The position numbers and the translations under genes are program-made. A DNA stretch of 64,000 bases from Octopus vulgaris (Eukaryota): contig OX597843.1 of NCBI GenBank assembly GCA_951406725.2, positions 18,724,001 through 18,788,000 on the forward strand, in the 5' to 3' direction. The notes under the pieces were generated by a model that was not told the DNA's origin, made no database searches, and was given only the letters and a program-made list of their open reading frames with translations. Below are positions 1-13,174 of this stretch, in pieces; position 1 is the stretch's first letter, and the number at the start of each line of letters is the position of its first letter.

Positions 1-62
1 ATAAATTCCTCTATTTACATAATACTGAGGTCCCATTCATTCATTTGTTGGCATACCGCTAC

Positions 63-64
<2 letters not shown>

Positions 65-122
<58 letters not shown>
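65..122. repeat. (TA)n microsatellite, one of many in the window
   Basis: Pure TA run seen directly. Confidence 0.95.
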
Positions 123-126
<4 letters not shown>

Positions 127-557
127 TGTAAGAGAAGGGTAATAATATCAAAGCAGATAGCGAATGGCAAGGCTGGATCCTTCAGATGGTAGGTTTTACG
201 CTGAAAGTCCTTTAGGTCCCAACCGATGTAACAGTTTATTTTTTGGCAACGTAGATATACAGTCTAATAATGATAATAATGGGATTGAGTTTGTATATTC
301 AAATTCTTAATTCTCTCTGTCTCTCTCTCACTCGTTCTTTCTTTCTTTCTTTCATTCTTTCTTTCTTTCTCTCTTTCGCTTTCTCTCTATATATATATAT
401 AAATTGAAGATATATAAATTGAAGATATACTCGTTAAAATGTTATTTGCTATAAACATTTATATATGTATTTGTTAGGGATCTTTGATGATCTTACTAAT
501 GGGCAGAAAAGACACATTAAACGTAGAAAAAAAACCCTATGAATAAATTATGTAAAT

Positions 558-640
558 GTCCCGCCCTGTGATTTTTATTTGTTCCTCAAGCTGAAGAAGT
601 TGAAGGAGACTGTAACAAGAGTCCTGGAGACATTTCCTTT
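558..640 (+). mobile_element. Tiny mariner transposase C-terminal remnant
   Basis: Translates VPPCDFYLFLKLKKLKETVTRVLETF, resembling the mariner (YSPDLA)PCDFxLFPKLK motif. Very short. Confidence 0.4.
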
Positions 641-1070
641 CAGATGAGATTTCAGCTTAGGTCTGTAGATTATTTTTCGAAAGCTGCACCGTGAGAGGTT
701 CCTCAGTTTAATGTGCCCCTTGGTTATCCAAACGATAATCGATGCGAGATGAAGAACTGATTTTAGTATAAGTCATTTACGCAATTCGGTAGCTTAATAA
801 CACCTACGTTTTCTAGGTCCGAAGACGTCAGTAGTAATACTGTTTGGAAACATGGTGGTTCTGTCCACTGACATGACACAAGTTCCTCTGCCAAGCATCA
901 TGTCTATGTTACCGTTGGTGAATGAATGAGGTTCAAACTAAGACTACGCCTGTCATATTGTTTCCTATGGCTTCAACTCAATGCGTAAATTGAATGAAGT
1001 ATGGGTGTTATGTCTTGCCAAAGTGCAATCCATGTTTGGTCCAGTACAATGTTTTATCCATATTCAGCAT

Positions 1071-1100
1071 ACCCAAACCCTAACCCTAACCCTAACCCTA
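1071..1100. repeat. Short interstitial telomere-like (TAACCC)n run
   Basis: acccaaaccctaaccctaaccctaacccta. Confidence 0.7.
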
Positions 1101-1359
1101 TATTTGGAGGCTGTTCCCCATTCTATCGTGTACAGTATACTCTCTCAAAGCACACATATTCATAGCTGGGCATAATTCGCTATGGATTATGACTTCATAA
1201 CATGCACCTTAATTTCACTAAGTGTTTTAGCTATCGAAGTAGTCGCGAGTTGACATTGACATCCTTTCGTATTGCCCACCCTTGTATCTAACTATCACAA
1301 CAAAGTCTCGGTTGATACATTATTTAAAGTTCAGTAGACTGATGCAACGTGAAATGAAA

Positions 1360-2180
1360 TGACTTGATCTAAGTAATAACGTCACTCATTTCAGGAATTG
1401 ATCCCGGGATATTATTATCATCAGCTGAACTTCCAAAACAAGAATGCCATATAACTTCATACATGCTCCACCACACAATCTTCTTGAGATACTCCGACCA
1501 GAAATTGAAATCAAGCCCTCATATGCAACAAGCTATAGAAGAGTACCTCTCTATTAAATAATTTTGCTGAAATCAAATGTGGAATCCATTTTTTAGCATC
1601 ACATCTAGATTTCAAGATACCCAAACCCTCGATTTTCACTATTTTCCTCATATTTCAGGGAAATATATTGTGAAAGGTAGTACGAATGTCTATTATGGTT
1701 TATCGATTATTTTATTAAAGGTCTGGTGTAAACATGGGGTATGAAATAATGGCCGCAGCGAGCATTAGTCCCAGGGTATTTTAATATGAATGAACAGATT
1801 TTAGTTCAGCCGGAGAAAATCATCCAACATCCACTTCTTATCAAGGCAGATTGCAATTAAATACGATGCTGGGCTATTGAGCTTCAGCACTAAAGAAAAC
1901 CATTCAAACACAAATTCATGAAAAATAGGCATGAACAATAATGTAAACTGTCTGTAGAAATTTAGAGATATTGCTAGCTTTTCAGTAGAAGTTCAAAAAA
2001 TCCTAGCTTTGAAGACAATGCAATTTCTATGTATATTAGTACGTTCTTCTTAAGCTGGTTTATTCAAAAACAAAACAAAGACATTCTGTGGATCCAGTAT
2101 TTTAAAATTCTGATGTGATCGTATTAAATTGATGTCCGTTTCGGATTCTGTGTGTCAAAAGACTCCCAGTTCGTCTCAAA
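1360..2180 (+). repeat. Dispersed duplicate of ~43920-44905 (degenerate reverse SINE piece plus probable DNA-transposon remnant)
   Basis: gacttgatctaagtaataacgtcactcatttcaggaattgatcccgggat ... tcggattctgtgtgtcaaaagactcccagttc is collinear with 43921-44905. The latter carries ~175 bp extra. Confidence 0.85.
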
Positions 2181-2382
2181 TGGTCAAAACGTTCCAAATT
2201 TGTTGACAAATGGGACTGATCGAATGAATCGATCCACTTTAGTATTTGAATATTTGATTAAAACTTGAAGTGATTAATGCTGTGATGCAAGCCATTTAAT
2301 TGGAAATAATCGCCTAGACCATAAATTAGTTCTTATGATTTTCATGAGCATCTAATAATAATTCTGCTTATTCCTCCATCAG

Positions 2383-2520
2383 TAGGCGGTGACATGGCTG
2401 TGTGATAAGAATTTTGCTTCTGTATTCAGTCCTTCTGCGTGTACTCTGGTCTCCAACCGAACAAACTCGTTTATGTTAGATAAATATGTACACGGTAACT
2501 GAAGGAAACCTGTCGTATAT
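2383..2520 (+). mobile_element. tRNA-derived SINE head (degenerate)
   Basis: ggcggtgacatggctgtgtgataagaattttgcttc ... acggtaactgaaggaaacctgtcgtatat matches the SINE at 23672. Confidence 0.75.
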
Positions 2521-2521
2521 A

Positions 2522-3049
2522 TAATGTTCCTGAACGAGTAATGTTTAATAAAAATAACTTATATTACCTGAGCAATAATACAACTGTCCCAGCCTGGAAT
2601 CCGGCCTGGACTTAGTTTAGCATAGGCGAGTCGAGGACCTCTTGATCTCGACGACGGCGTTAAATTCGCTCTTGATCTAGACCTCTGAGCTGATTTTTCA
2701 TCTTGAGGAACAGATGCAAGTCAGCAGGTGTTAAATCTGGCGAATAGGGCAGGTGCAAACTTACGAGTGAGGTGATAGGTGCATTGTTGTCGTGAAAAAT
2801 TCAATACTTCGGGAATCACAGATCCGGTCATTTTCCCCGAACGTCCTCCCTGAAAAATCTCCCGATGCACAATACCGAGGATGTCGGAAACAATTGATAA
2901 AGATGGTCTTGATTAAGCCGTGATTTTTTCGTGCGCCGTACACTCGAAACATTACATACGACCCACTATCTCACCGCGCATAAAATCGTATGCAGCCATC
3001 TGTTGGCGCGCTAAAGAACTCGTTCGTGAAATTTTGAAATGAACACGTA
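2522..3049 (-). mobile_element. Internally deleted mariner element
   Basis: Inverted terminal motifs ttcctgaacgagt (2527) and actcgttcgtgaa (3018). Reverse-strand copy of the 38055-38835 element, including HDNA and PYSPDL-like segments. Confidence 0.8.
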
Positions 3050-3051
3050 CA

Positions 3052-3123
<72 letters not shown>

Positions 3124-3671
3124 CCCTCATAGATATGTATGCATTTCATACATACATACATATATATATATATAGATGTATATATACTAATAAATATTCA
3201 TACATGCATACATCTATCTCATATACATATATCTGCCTTTATTTGTGCATTTATATATAGATATGTAAATATATATCTACATATATATTATCTCTCTCTC
3301 TCTCTCTCTCTTTCTATTTCTCTATCTATTCGTCGTCTACGAGGCGACAATACTGCCATTTAACCACAGTAACACATCAGTTGATTTATTCAGTTCGCTT
3401 CGATATTCACTCGATATTTAGTGCAATCGGGAGATAACACCTGCTTCCCTAGCTTCAAGACTCTACCCCACAGGTCTCGATCTGTATTTGATCTCCTTGG
3501 AGGTGGGTAGTCGTTGCCAGGCATGTCAAGAGTTTACTTCGATTGCAATATATAGAAAATAGTGTCATTGATTGTGTGACTAGGACACTAATATGTTAGG
3601 AAATCTCTGTTCATGAAAGAAGCAGTATAAGAAGCAAAAAATATTGCCCATGATCACTTTACAGTGGCTAT

Positions 3672-3719
<48 letters not shown>

Positions 3720-4193
3720 TGTATGTATTAATACATTATACACATCAAATTACACCTAAACACATACCTTTAGTTATGTACATATATGTGTGTGTGCGTG
3801 TGTTTGTAGTGCTTTCTTGTGTGTGTGTATATATATGTGAGTGTGTGGGTGTGGGTGAGTGTGGGTGTGTGTGTGTGTGTGTGTGTGTGTCAGAAAAATC
3901 ATACTTAGAAACGTAAATTTATGATATTATAATCTAATAAATTGCATTTTTTTTGCATTACCGTGTCGCCTTAATGAAATTCCTCACACACATGCATACA
4001 CACACACTGACAAACACAAATACAAACACTAAGACTAAGCGATAAATTCACAGAGTGGAACATTTTGCGTTGAGAAAATGAAAAACATAGGCTGAGAGAG
4101 AGAGAGAGAGAGAAAGGGAAATCTTTCTTTGCTCCTGTCACAGATTTTTGACCCATGTATCTAACTGTATATATATATATATATATATATATA

Positions 4194-4257
4194 CTAACTT
4201 AAGGTGACCCACTCTACGTGCGGTTAAGTGTGTGGTATATATGAAAATGTATAAAAT

Positions 4258-4309
<52 letters not shown>

Positions 4310-4362
4310 CAAATATATACACATTGTATATATATATATTATATATACATGTTTATATATAG

Positions 4363-4403
<41 letters not shown>

Positions 4404-5390
4404 TAACCCAATAAATATCTGATTCATAATATTTTTTCTCATGATTGTGTGGTGATTGTGGCGATGATAATTCTCTCTATGAATGCAGACAGACGTAGAG
4501 AGAGAGAGAGAGTGAAACCGCTGTCGAAGCGGTGAGGGAAGATAGTAGACGCTGTGAAACGACGTTATAGAGAGAAGATGAAGGGAAGGGAAGAAAGAGA
4601 GAGACATGGAGGAAGACAGGCAGATAAGAGAATGAGAGGAGACTTGTCAAAGTGTGGAGTATTTGTCATTGCAAAGGAGAGTTTTGGTAAATGACGACTA
4701 CCAACTCAACACTTCATGTAATTGTTTTTGGCTATGCATAATCTATAACACCGTTTCTCAACCTTATCATTTCGGGTCTCCTGTTCCGATTGAAGCCTCC
4801 AGCTATATGAAAATTTCTTTCCATCTCCACCCGTCCCGCTGTCAGAAAACAGCTTCAGGAATTGTGAAGAAAGAATTTGTACGTAGTCTGTTTCTGAGAG
4901 CTATTGTATTGGACCACTGTTTAATCATTAAAACATTTATTTAATTATGAAGATAGAAAGAAATTATACATTAATCCCTATTTTTGTAAGCAGTTGTATC
5001 CATAAACATTTTCTTTGCAGAGAGGAGAAGAGGGTGAGAAAGAGAGATAGGGTGAGTGAGTGATGGTGTGTGTCATTGAGTTACATTGGCTGGCACGGCG
5101 GCTACGAAGCTTTTGGGGCGGCAGATGACTGGGGTGTTTTGAAAGATGTGAAGAAATGCCATCTTTTCAGAGGAGCGCTTCTTTGTAGGCAACATTTCTC
5201 GTTTTCCCTTCTGATGCGCAAAAGTCTAGACTTTGTGTGCTGCCAATATGGGAGCAGCCAACGAAGAGTTGACCGTGCGAGAACACTTGCTCTGTGAGAT
5301 TTAAACCAACCCTTTGCAATGATTGACCCACTACCTTATTTATTGTCATTGCAAAGGAGAGTTTTGGTAAATGACGACTACCAACTTCAG
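4194..5390 (-). mobile_element. Helitron 3' fragment (Pif1-like helicase C-terminus plus 3' end)
   Basis: 5167-5349 minus reads (FA)MTINKVVGQSLQRVGLNLTEQVFSHGQLFVGCSHIG, nearly identical to 35215-35400. A hairpin acccac-tctac-gtgcggt (4207-4224) is followed on the minus strand by TTAG|T, a CTAG variant. Confidence 0.65.
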
Positions 5391-5397
5391 CACGACA

Positions 5398-6258
5398 TGT
5401 AATTGTAGTTTAAAATAACAAATATTATTGAATCAGTATCTCAAAAACGTGAGCATGAATATATTTCTATACGTTCTTTTCTTGAAGTGAGTATAACTCT
5501 GCATAAAAATATATTTCATAATATACCCACCTATAAACACAAATACAAACATACATATTCACGTACAATCGTGCACTGATACACAAAATGTTAGACATTT
5601 ATGCAGACACATAGAGACACAAACACTCATAGACACCTTCATAACACTCTAACATGAAAATAGTAGCAGAACATTAGTTAGAGATACAGAGAGAAAAAGG
5701 AAGATGAGAAAAATTTCGTAAATAGAATATGAAAAAACATAACCCACTTACAAGAAATTTAAACTTGGAAGGTTTTGAAAGGATCCTTGGGTGATGGTTG
5801 TGATCTTATTCCCAGTGAGACTTCTGAAACATAAAACACGGGTCAGAAGAAAGAGTATTAAAAAGATTTCTTATAAAATATTAAATCTTGTATCTTAAGA
5901 ATGATATTAATACAAAGAGGACGATGATGAAGAAAATGGCCACGATGATGCTGATGATGATGAGGAGGAGGATTGCGATGTTGATTGTAAATGTTGTAAT
6001 AATGACGGTGAGAAGGAAAAATGATGAAGATTATTATCGAAAACGATGACAAACGCTACCGATTAATTGGTGATGACGACGTTGATTATTATGATGTTCA
6101 GAATGAAGGTGATGATGATTCTGCATGCTAGAAATAGCAGAGAAAATGGTGGAAGGAAATAGCTATGATGATAAGATAAATTATAACGATTAGTGAATAC
6201 GAAAATATGATTAGCAGAAGGACGATAAATATGATAGCGCTGAAGATGATGATGATGA

Positions 6259-6300
<42 letters not shown>

Positions 6301-7040
6301 ATGTTGATAACAACATTAAAACAACAATAAGAGAAGTGGCAGAAAATGTAGGAGCTGAAGAAAAGAATGATGTAAAAAATAAGGAGGAAACGAAGGAGTC
6401 TGTCATGAAGAAAACTTAAATATAATATTTCTGATCTTATAATAACTTCTGCTTGTCATTATGTTAATTAGTCCGTCATGATTAGAGAAGAAGAGGGAGA
6501 ACAGAAAAGAGCGAAAAAGAAATGTCCATGACCTGAGGTAGAAGGAACGTGACTGTAATGCTTTCACGTTATTAGCTGAATGGAATGAGAGACCAAGAGA
6601 AAGAAAAATGAATGAGAAAATGAAAGTAAGTCGAAGAGAGGGGAAGAAAGAGAGGGAGAAGGAGAAAAGGGGAGAGAAAAAATATTTATGACGTGTAGAA
6701 AAAGTTAGTTGAAGGTAGTGATATTGAGGAGGGTTAAAAATATAATTTTAGCAGAGCGGTGATGTTCTGATGGTGAGATTAAAGGAAGGCTGATACGTCG
6801 ATAAATAGATAGATAGATAAACTGAGAAAATGAGAGAAGAGAGGTGAGAGACGGTGGTAGTGGTGGTAGTGGTGCTGATGTGTGCATAATGCAAAGTCAC
6901 TTTTGAATTGAATTAAGTATTTTATATCCCCTATCACTTAACGCATGCTCATAAATGCCATTCTGTTAAATATTCACACTTATTTTCAGTGTCATATGTA
7001 AGGCGTATATATATATATATATATATATATATGTTACAGT
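5398..7040 (+). repeat. Low-complexity dispersed repeat module (Helitron-associated). Related copies at ~15445-16740, 31490-33160 and 39130-41050, partial at 22520-23000 and 46440-47500
   Basis: Shared strings such as gaatatatttctatacgttc, ttgaaaggatccttg, attattatcgaaaacgatgacaaac and ctgatggtgagattaaag. Confidence 0.85.
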
Positions 7041-7239
7041 TAAGAAATATACACATTATAATTAAAAAATATATATTTCAATTAAAATCAAGGTGGACAC
7101 ACAGTAAATTCCGTCTCTACAAAATCCCGGTTGATGTTGTTACTGCTTCTCATACATTCTGCCGTTGGTTGTGCTTCTGCTACGGCGAGATAGAAATTCG
7201 AAGTTTACGGTTATTTGATCCTTGTTCCAAAGCTGTGCT

Positions 7240-10200
7240 TATGAAATAAGCAAATTACAAAACTTGACTGAACAATGGATAAAGGAGATTAGAAGCTACT
7301 CGTGAGAGGGTTAGGAACTACAGTATTGCGGATAAGAGAAGAACGGCGGTAAGAAACAAGAGAAAGGGACAAATGGTACCAACAGATGAGAGGATCTGCT
7401 ATAGATGAAGAGCAACGCAAGGCACAATTGTAGTGAGAGAGAATGCAAGACAAAGGTAGAAGACAGGATGAGGAAGAACGAACTCAGTACAAGGAACAAC
7501 AAAGATTGATATTTCAGCGGAGAATGGAAATCATGAATGATATGCAGCGTCCGCAGTATCAGGACCAACAGAAAAGCGTAATGTAACAGAGAAGGGAGAA
7601 TATGGATGATTTGGAAAGGGCTGCTTGTCTCCAAGGTCAAACAGAGAGACATCAAGATGGAGTTGCAAGTATGAATGCTGAACAGGCGTTACGTTTGCGA
7701 GGTGAACAGGTGTAACGAAAGCGTGAGGGAAGACATGGACTACCACTGAACAGACACAATAATCCTAAACGAACTTATCGTATTGGTGATATGTACTTAT
7801 ATTGCGAGTATTGTGGAGCACTGAACTTTAAATATGAAAACTTCATGTTCTGTCACAATAATAAAGTGAATTTTCCTCCACTGCAACTAAACCCTCAGAT
7901 ATTGAAGCGTTTGTCTGAGAAAATTACCAAGAGTCTGCTTCATTTCGAAAAAAACATCAGCAATTACAACTGCATATCTTCCTTTACGTCATTTGGTGTG
8001 AAACTCTCTGTGCCGCAAAGAAGAGGTCTACATTGTTTCTGTATTGTTGTGGAAGGATTTCGACCACCTTCCAATTGACTAAAAGGGAACTGACACATTC
8101 TTATTAAATAGACAACTGTCGAGTCTTCAGCAATTATTTGGTAAATAGTTCACTGTGAGCCATTGACAGAGAGCGTTGGGTAATCGATTCGCGTCGTGTA
8201 AACACTTTCTTTCCCCCTGATTCCTTAAATCATACGTTCCAAACCAGGGTATAAAAGTGGCGCACAGTTCTTCGAAGTTTGCATTGGACGTTTAAATTTG
8301 TTTGGGATGGGTATGAAACCAAAGAATATTCGTTTAAGATAGAAGGCTTATTGGCGTCTGTGGTGCAGTTGCAACAGCAACAATAGTAACAACAACAAGA
8401 GCAACTACAACAGCAACAACAACAAAACCAATAGTTGCTGGAATTTATGTTAAAGAAGTCTAAAAATACTTCAGGTGCGAACTTACTAGACAGCGTAGCA
8501 ATCTCTATTGAAGTATTCAGTTATAATCCAGAAAATGGGATTACCTTCTCTGCATATTTTCGAAGATACGAGGAAATTTTCAAGACGAATTTAAAAATTG
8601 ATCTGAGAGGAAAAATAGTACGACTACTTGTAAGAAAGGTATCCCTTGCCGAATACAAAAAATATAGTAATTATATTCTGCCGAAGAAGCCAGGTGAGAT
8701 TTGTTTCAATAAAAACAATTAACACTTTATCAAATGATTTAGAACTGGACAAAAATTAACTCTCCAGACACTAAAGGAATGCCAGGGGACACGATGCAGA
8801 AAAAAATGAAAAAAAAGATTGATCGCATATTCCAGTGTCTCCACCGTAACGGATAAGAAATAAGACAAAAAATGTCAAGATCGAATCCATGTTGTGGTCT
8901 ACATTTTTAAAGTAATTGCCCGTTTAAAAATATAAAAGGCGTCAAATGTGGCAAGAGAGATCATAAAAAATCACACTGTGGAACAAACCTGGAAAACAGT
9001 TCAACAGAAAGAAAACACGAAAACAGGTTATCGGGGACCAAAAACCGAACAGCCTCAAAGGAAATTTGTGTACGTAAAGTTTCAACTAGATAAGGGCAGT
9101 GATATCCCGATAATTAACACAGATACATAAAAAGAAACAGAAGACCTAGATTAAAAGACATTTCGAAAATTGCAGGTGGTGTTTCAGGAAAATAATTACA
9201 TTTTAATGGCGTAATGACAAATCACGTTCCACTTCGTGGGAAAACCTTAAAAACCAAATTTATTTGGAACACTGAATAGAATTGTTTAACTTATTGGAAC
9301 TCCCCATAAATCTTTTCAGTAAAAATGTGAATGGTTTTCTTGCCAATACAAATAAATCGTCGGACGATTTGTAAAAATAATTTTAAAAGATTTTTCCTGA
9401 AGTTCTCTCTGATAAATTAGATCTCAACATCACAACGAAAACGAAGTTCCAAGTAAAAGTAAATGCCAAACCGGTATTTAAATATAAAGCGAACTGTAAC
9501 CTTTGCATCGTTGGAACAGGTAAGCTTTTGCAGCGTTAAAAACAAAGAAATAAAATCAGAGTGTATGCTGATTTATTCCACTGGTTTAAATGAGTGTCTT
9601 AAAACGTTCCACTATCAGCTACCTACCCTGGGGGATATATTTGCAAAATTAGACGGTGGCAAGATATTTTCTTAATGGGATCTCTCTGACGCGTACCTAC
9701 ATATTAGAGTAGACGTGAATGCTATAAATACCTAAAAATTAACGCACATATATATATACAACATGTTATTATATGTCTTTAATATAACACCGGTGATTTT
9801 TCAACAGCTTAGGGATGCAGTGTTAGCGGATAGTGAATTTGCATTTCCTTATCTGGATGATATACTCATTAAAAGCGAATCACGGGATCGACATGTAGAG
9901 CACGTAATATATATGTTCGCAAAAATTAGGGATTATATTGAAAAAGAAAGTGTGAATTTTTTTCTTACCGAAAATAAAATTGGAAAACAATTGAAAGAAA
10001 TGGACGAGGACCAGATCCGTTGAAGGCAGACGCAATTAAATACATGCCCCCTCAGACAAACACAACGACCTTACATGATTGCTTTGGAGACAGGCAAATT
10101 ATTACCAAAATTATATTCTAAATATGCATAGGGTAAGTGTTACAGGAGATTATGTATTTAAAAAATGTCAATTGAAATTACTCTGAAAATTGTCAAAGGG

Positions 10201-13135
10201 AATTCGACGAAATTTTAAAATATTAACATCTGATTTGTTGTTAGCACGCTTCGAATCTGTAGCGGAGAATGTTGTAACTTCAGATGCCTCTGAATACTGT
10301 ATCGGGGCAGTAATGCTACATGAATAAAAAGATGGCAACATGAAGGCGGTGGTTCATGATATCAGCAGAAAAAAATTACAGCCAAATCATAAAAGAGGCT
10401 CTTCTAATTATTTATGCCGTAAAAAATTGTATAGATTTTTACAGGGCAGAAGTTTTTGAATACAGACAGATCATCGTCCGTTATTTTCAGTATATGATTC
10501 AAAGAAATAAATATCTAGCCGTACTGCTAATAGGCTGCCACGCTGTGGTACTGTATTATTAAGCTATAAATTTAAGATAGAGTATATACCATCTAAAAAT
10601 TAGGACAATCTAATTGTTTATCAAGACCGATTTCAGAAAATGCAGAAGCATTTGAAGATACCGTGATTGCTACTTTGCGAGCGGAAAATGAAATTAAAAG
10701 CAAACTGTATAACTCCATGCGTGAACTGCTATTTACGTTACAAGACATAAAATTACAATTGGGAAACGAATATTTATTAAAAAATGACAGAAATGCTGAA
10801 GGCTAAAAGAGATAAAAAATACGCGCAACACAAATTCGAGCCTATCACAAGGTGTGACACTGTGTTGATGTATGCACAAAGAGTCGTAGTGCCAGCCACA
10901 CTACAAAAGCAATTACTAAAGGAATTTCATAATGAGTCAAAGGGATTTCGATAATGAAATCGTTAATGAGAATTTAGGTATACTGGCCAACAACGGACTG
11001 TAACATTGAAGACATAGTGATAGTATGCAATACGCTGTTCTGTAGCTCCAAATACACCCGTCACAAATGGCATCCGTGGCCAAAAACACTTAATTTGTGG
11101 GGGACAGTTTTTCAACGTGATCTGAAGTGCATAAATGTAGAAAGCCGACATCTCTGGTTACAGAGATATTTGATGTTTGTTAGAAAGATCAGATCCATCT
11201 TTGATCAACCGATACCGAGTGAAAATATAAAAAAGCAACAAAAAATATTTCAAAATTCTTCAAGTTAGGTGACAAAGTTTATTAAAGACCTATAGATATA
11301 GTAAAGAAGGCTGGGAGGATGGTACAATTGTTAAGTAAATTGCAAGAATGATATTCCTGGTAAAAGGTAAAACAAATATCGAACATAAAAGACTTATTAA
11401 CCAACTTAAAACTTGATTCAAGGAAAAATCAGACAAAAGAAGTGAATTTCTCATGAAAGTATTGCACGACACGTTTGAGGTACCAACACAGAAACAATTT
11501 GTAATTACACGTTCTAGCACCAGAAAACGAAACGAATGGAAATCACAAGAATTGAGCCCTAAGCATAAGAGATATTAAAATTCTGAGCGACTTTAATTCT
11601 CAAGTGGAGAATTTAGGGGAGACTAATTCTATAAAGGGGATATGCTGTGGAAAGATTCTGACAACCTTCCAAGTGACTAAAAGTGGTCTGACACATTTCC
11701 ATTATATGGAGAACTGTCTAGTCGTCAGCAATTGATTGTGAACAATTGATTGGTAAGCATTTCCCTATGATCCGTTGGCAGAGAGCGTCGAGTCTCATGT
11801 AATAGTAATCGTATTGCGTCGTGTAAACAGCTTCGTTAAATCATATAACCAATACCAGGATATAGAACGTATTCAGGGCCAAACTTAGCACAACACTACG
11901 AACTGTCAATGGTCGCCTGCAGTACAGTCAGTTGTATATTATTAATGCATCACACAGTAGAAGCAAGTCAGAACAACCAAAGCTCTTCTGAAAGGATGGG
12001 TGTCATGTGCAACAAGTAAATACTTATGCTGAGTTATATGGGAACATGCACTTAATTGAACAACAAGAGATTGGAGGTGCCAGGAGTGAAAGTGTACAAT
12101 TACGAAAGTGTGAAATACGTTTCAAAAGAACGGTTTATATAACGCGCTACAAGTTTTCCCCTTGCAATGAAATAACTGCACCCTGAAAACACTAATTGCC
12201 ATGAGAGAGAAAATTATCTGCAGCGAAATAAGACTTTTGTAAACCGCTACAATTTTGAATTGGATGACACACATGTATTTGGTGTAAGAGTAACTCATGT
12301 ACGTGTCATCGAGTTTCAAAAGAGAGGACTTCCACACTGCCATATGCTCGTAGACAAAGTGAAAATCAGAGATGATATAGAAAGAATGGTACCAGCAGAA
12401 ATTTCTGATTCAAATGATTTTGCATGATTTAGTTTTAAAAAATTCATGATGCTTAGACGTTGTGGTGTTGATAACTCCTTCCCGCAATACATGGGGAATG
12501 GCTCTTGCCAAACAAAGTTTCCCAAGAACAAGAGAAATAAGACACTACTAAATATTAATGGATATCCAGAATACAGGAGGCACAATAAAGGGATCACATC
12601 ACAAGTTGGATGTCATTCTGTTGACAACTGGTATGTCGTTCCATTCTATGCTTACATATTAAAGAAATTCCGAGCTCATATTAATGTAGAAGTTTGCTCC
12701 TCTGTAAAAGTGTCAAGTATATATGCAAGTATGTCTACAACGATCGTGATAGCGCTTCAGTTGAAGTAAGGAATGAGGCAGTTGCAGAAGGTGGACAGAC
12801 TCAGCAACCCCAAGGTTAAATCAGAAATTATTTTCCGTGTTGATATGTTTCACATTCTGAAGCCATGTGGAGAATATCTAAGTACAAGCTGCATGACTCG
12901 TAACACACTGTCTACAGATTAGCAGTTCACTTTGAAGACCAGCGGAGACTGAGCTTTCACAGAGGTAGCACTTAGCAACCTGATCAAGAACAGAGAGATC
13001 GTGACAATACTCTCACTGCATGGTTCAAACTGAATGAGCACGATTAACGGAAGTACTTGTACCCTAACATTCCTAAAAGTTATGTGTTTAATGAACGTAC
13101 AAAAACTATGAACACTCAGGAGAAGAAACAATAAC
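7240..13135 (+). pseudogene. Helitron A RepHel pseudogene (N-terminal 23-aa repeats, Zn finger, partial Rep), interrupted by a Gypsy element at 8045-11868
   Basis: IGDMYLYCEYCGALNFKYE..FCHNNKVNFPPL Zn-finger; HCFCI|QGQT*H rejoins across the insertion; HUH motif EFQKRGLPHCHML at ~12311; HINVEVCSSVK. Many stops and frameshifts. Confidence 0.9.
8045..11868 (+). mobile_element. Degenerate Ty3/Gypsy (Mag-like) LTR retrotransposon. LTRs ~8045-8256 and ~11643-11868, TSD GTAT
   Basis: Paired LTRs tgttgtggaaggatttcgaccaccttccaattgactaaaag / tgctgtggaaagattctgacaaccttccaagtgactaaaag. PBS-like tggcg at 8258, PPT aaagggga at 11633. Gag FSAYFRRYEEIF, protease FQLDKGSD, RT YLDDILI, RNase H DASEY. GTAT at 8041-8044 and 11869-11872. 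Confidence 0.92.
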
Positions 13136-13174
13136 ATATATTTATATATATATATAATTATATGTTCAGCAAAA

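Noticed and set aside
1071-1100. Chromosome-end or telomere-healing site
   Set aside because: Only about four TAACCC units. Such short runs are common inside invertebrate repeats.
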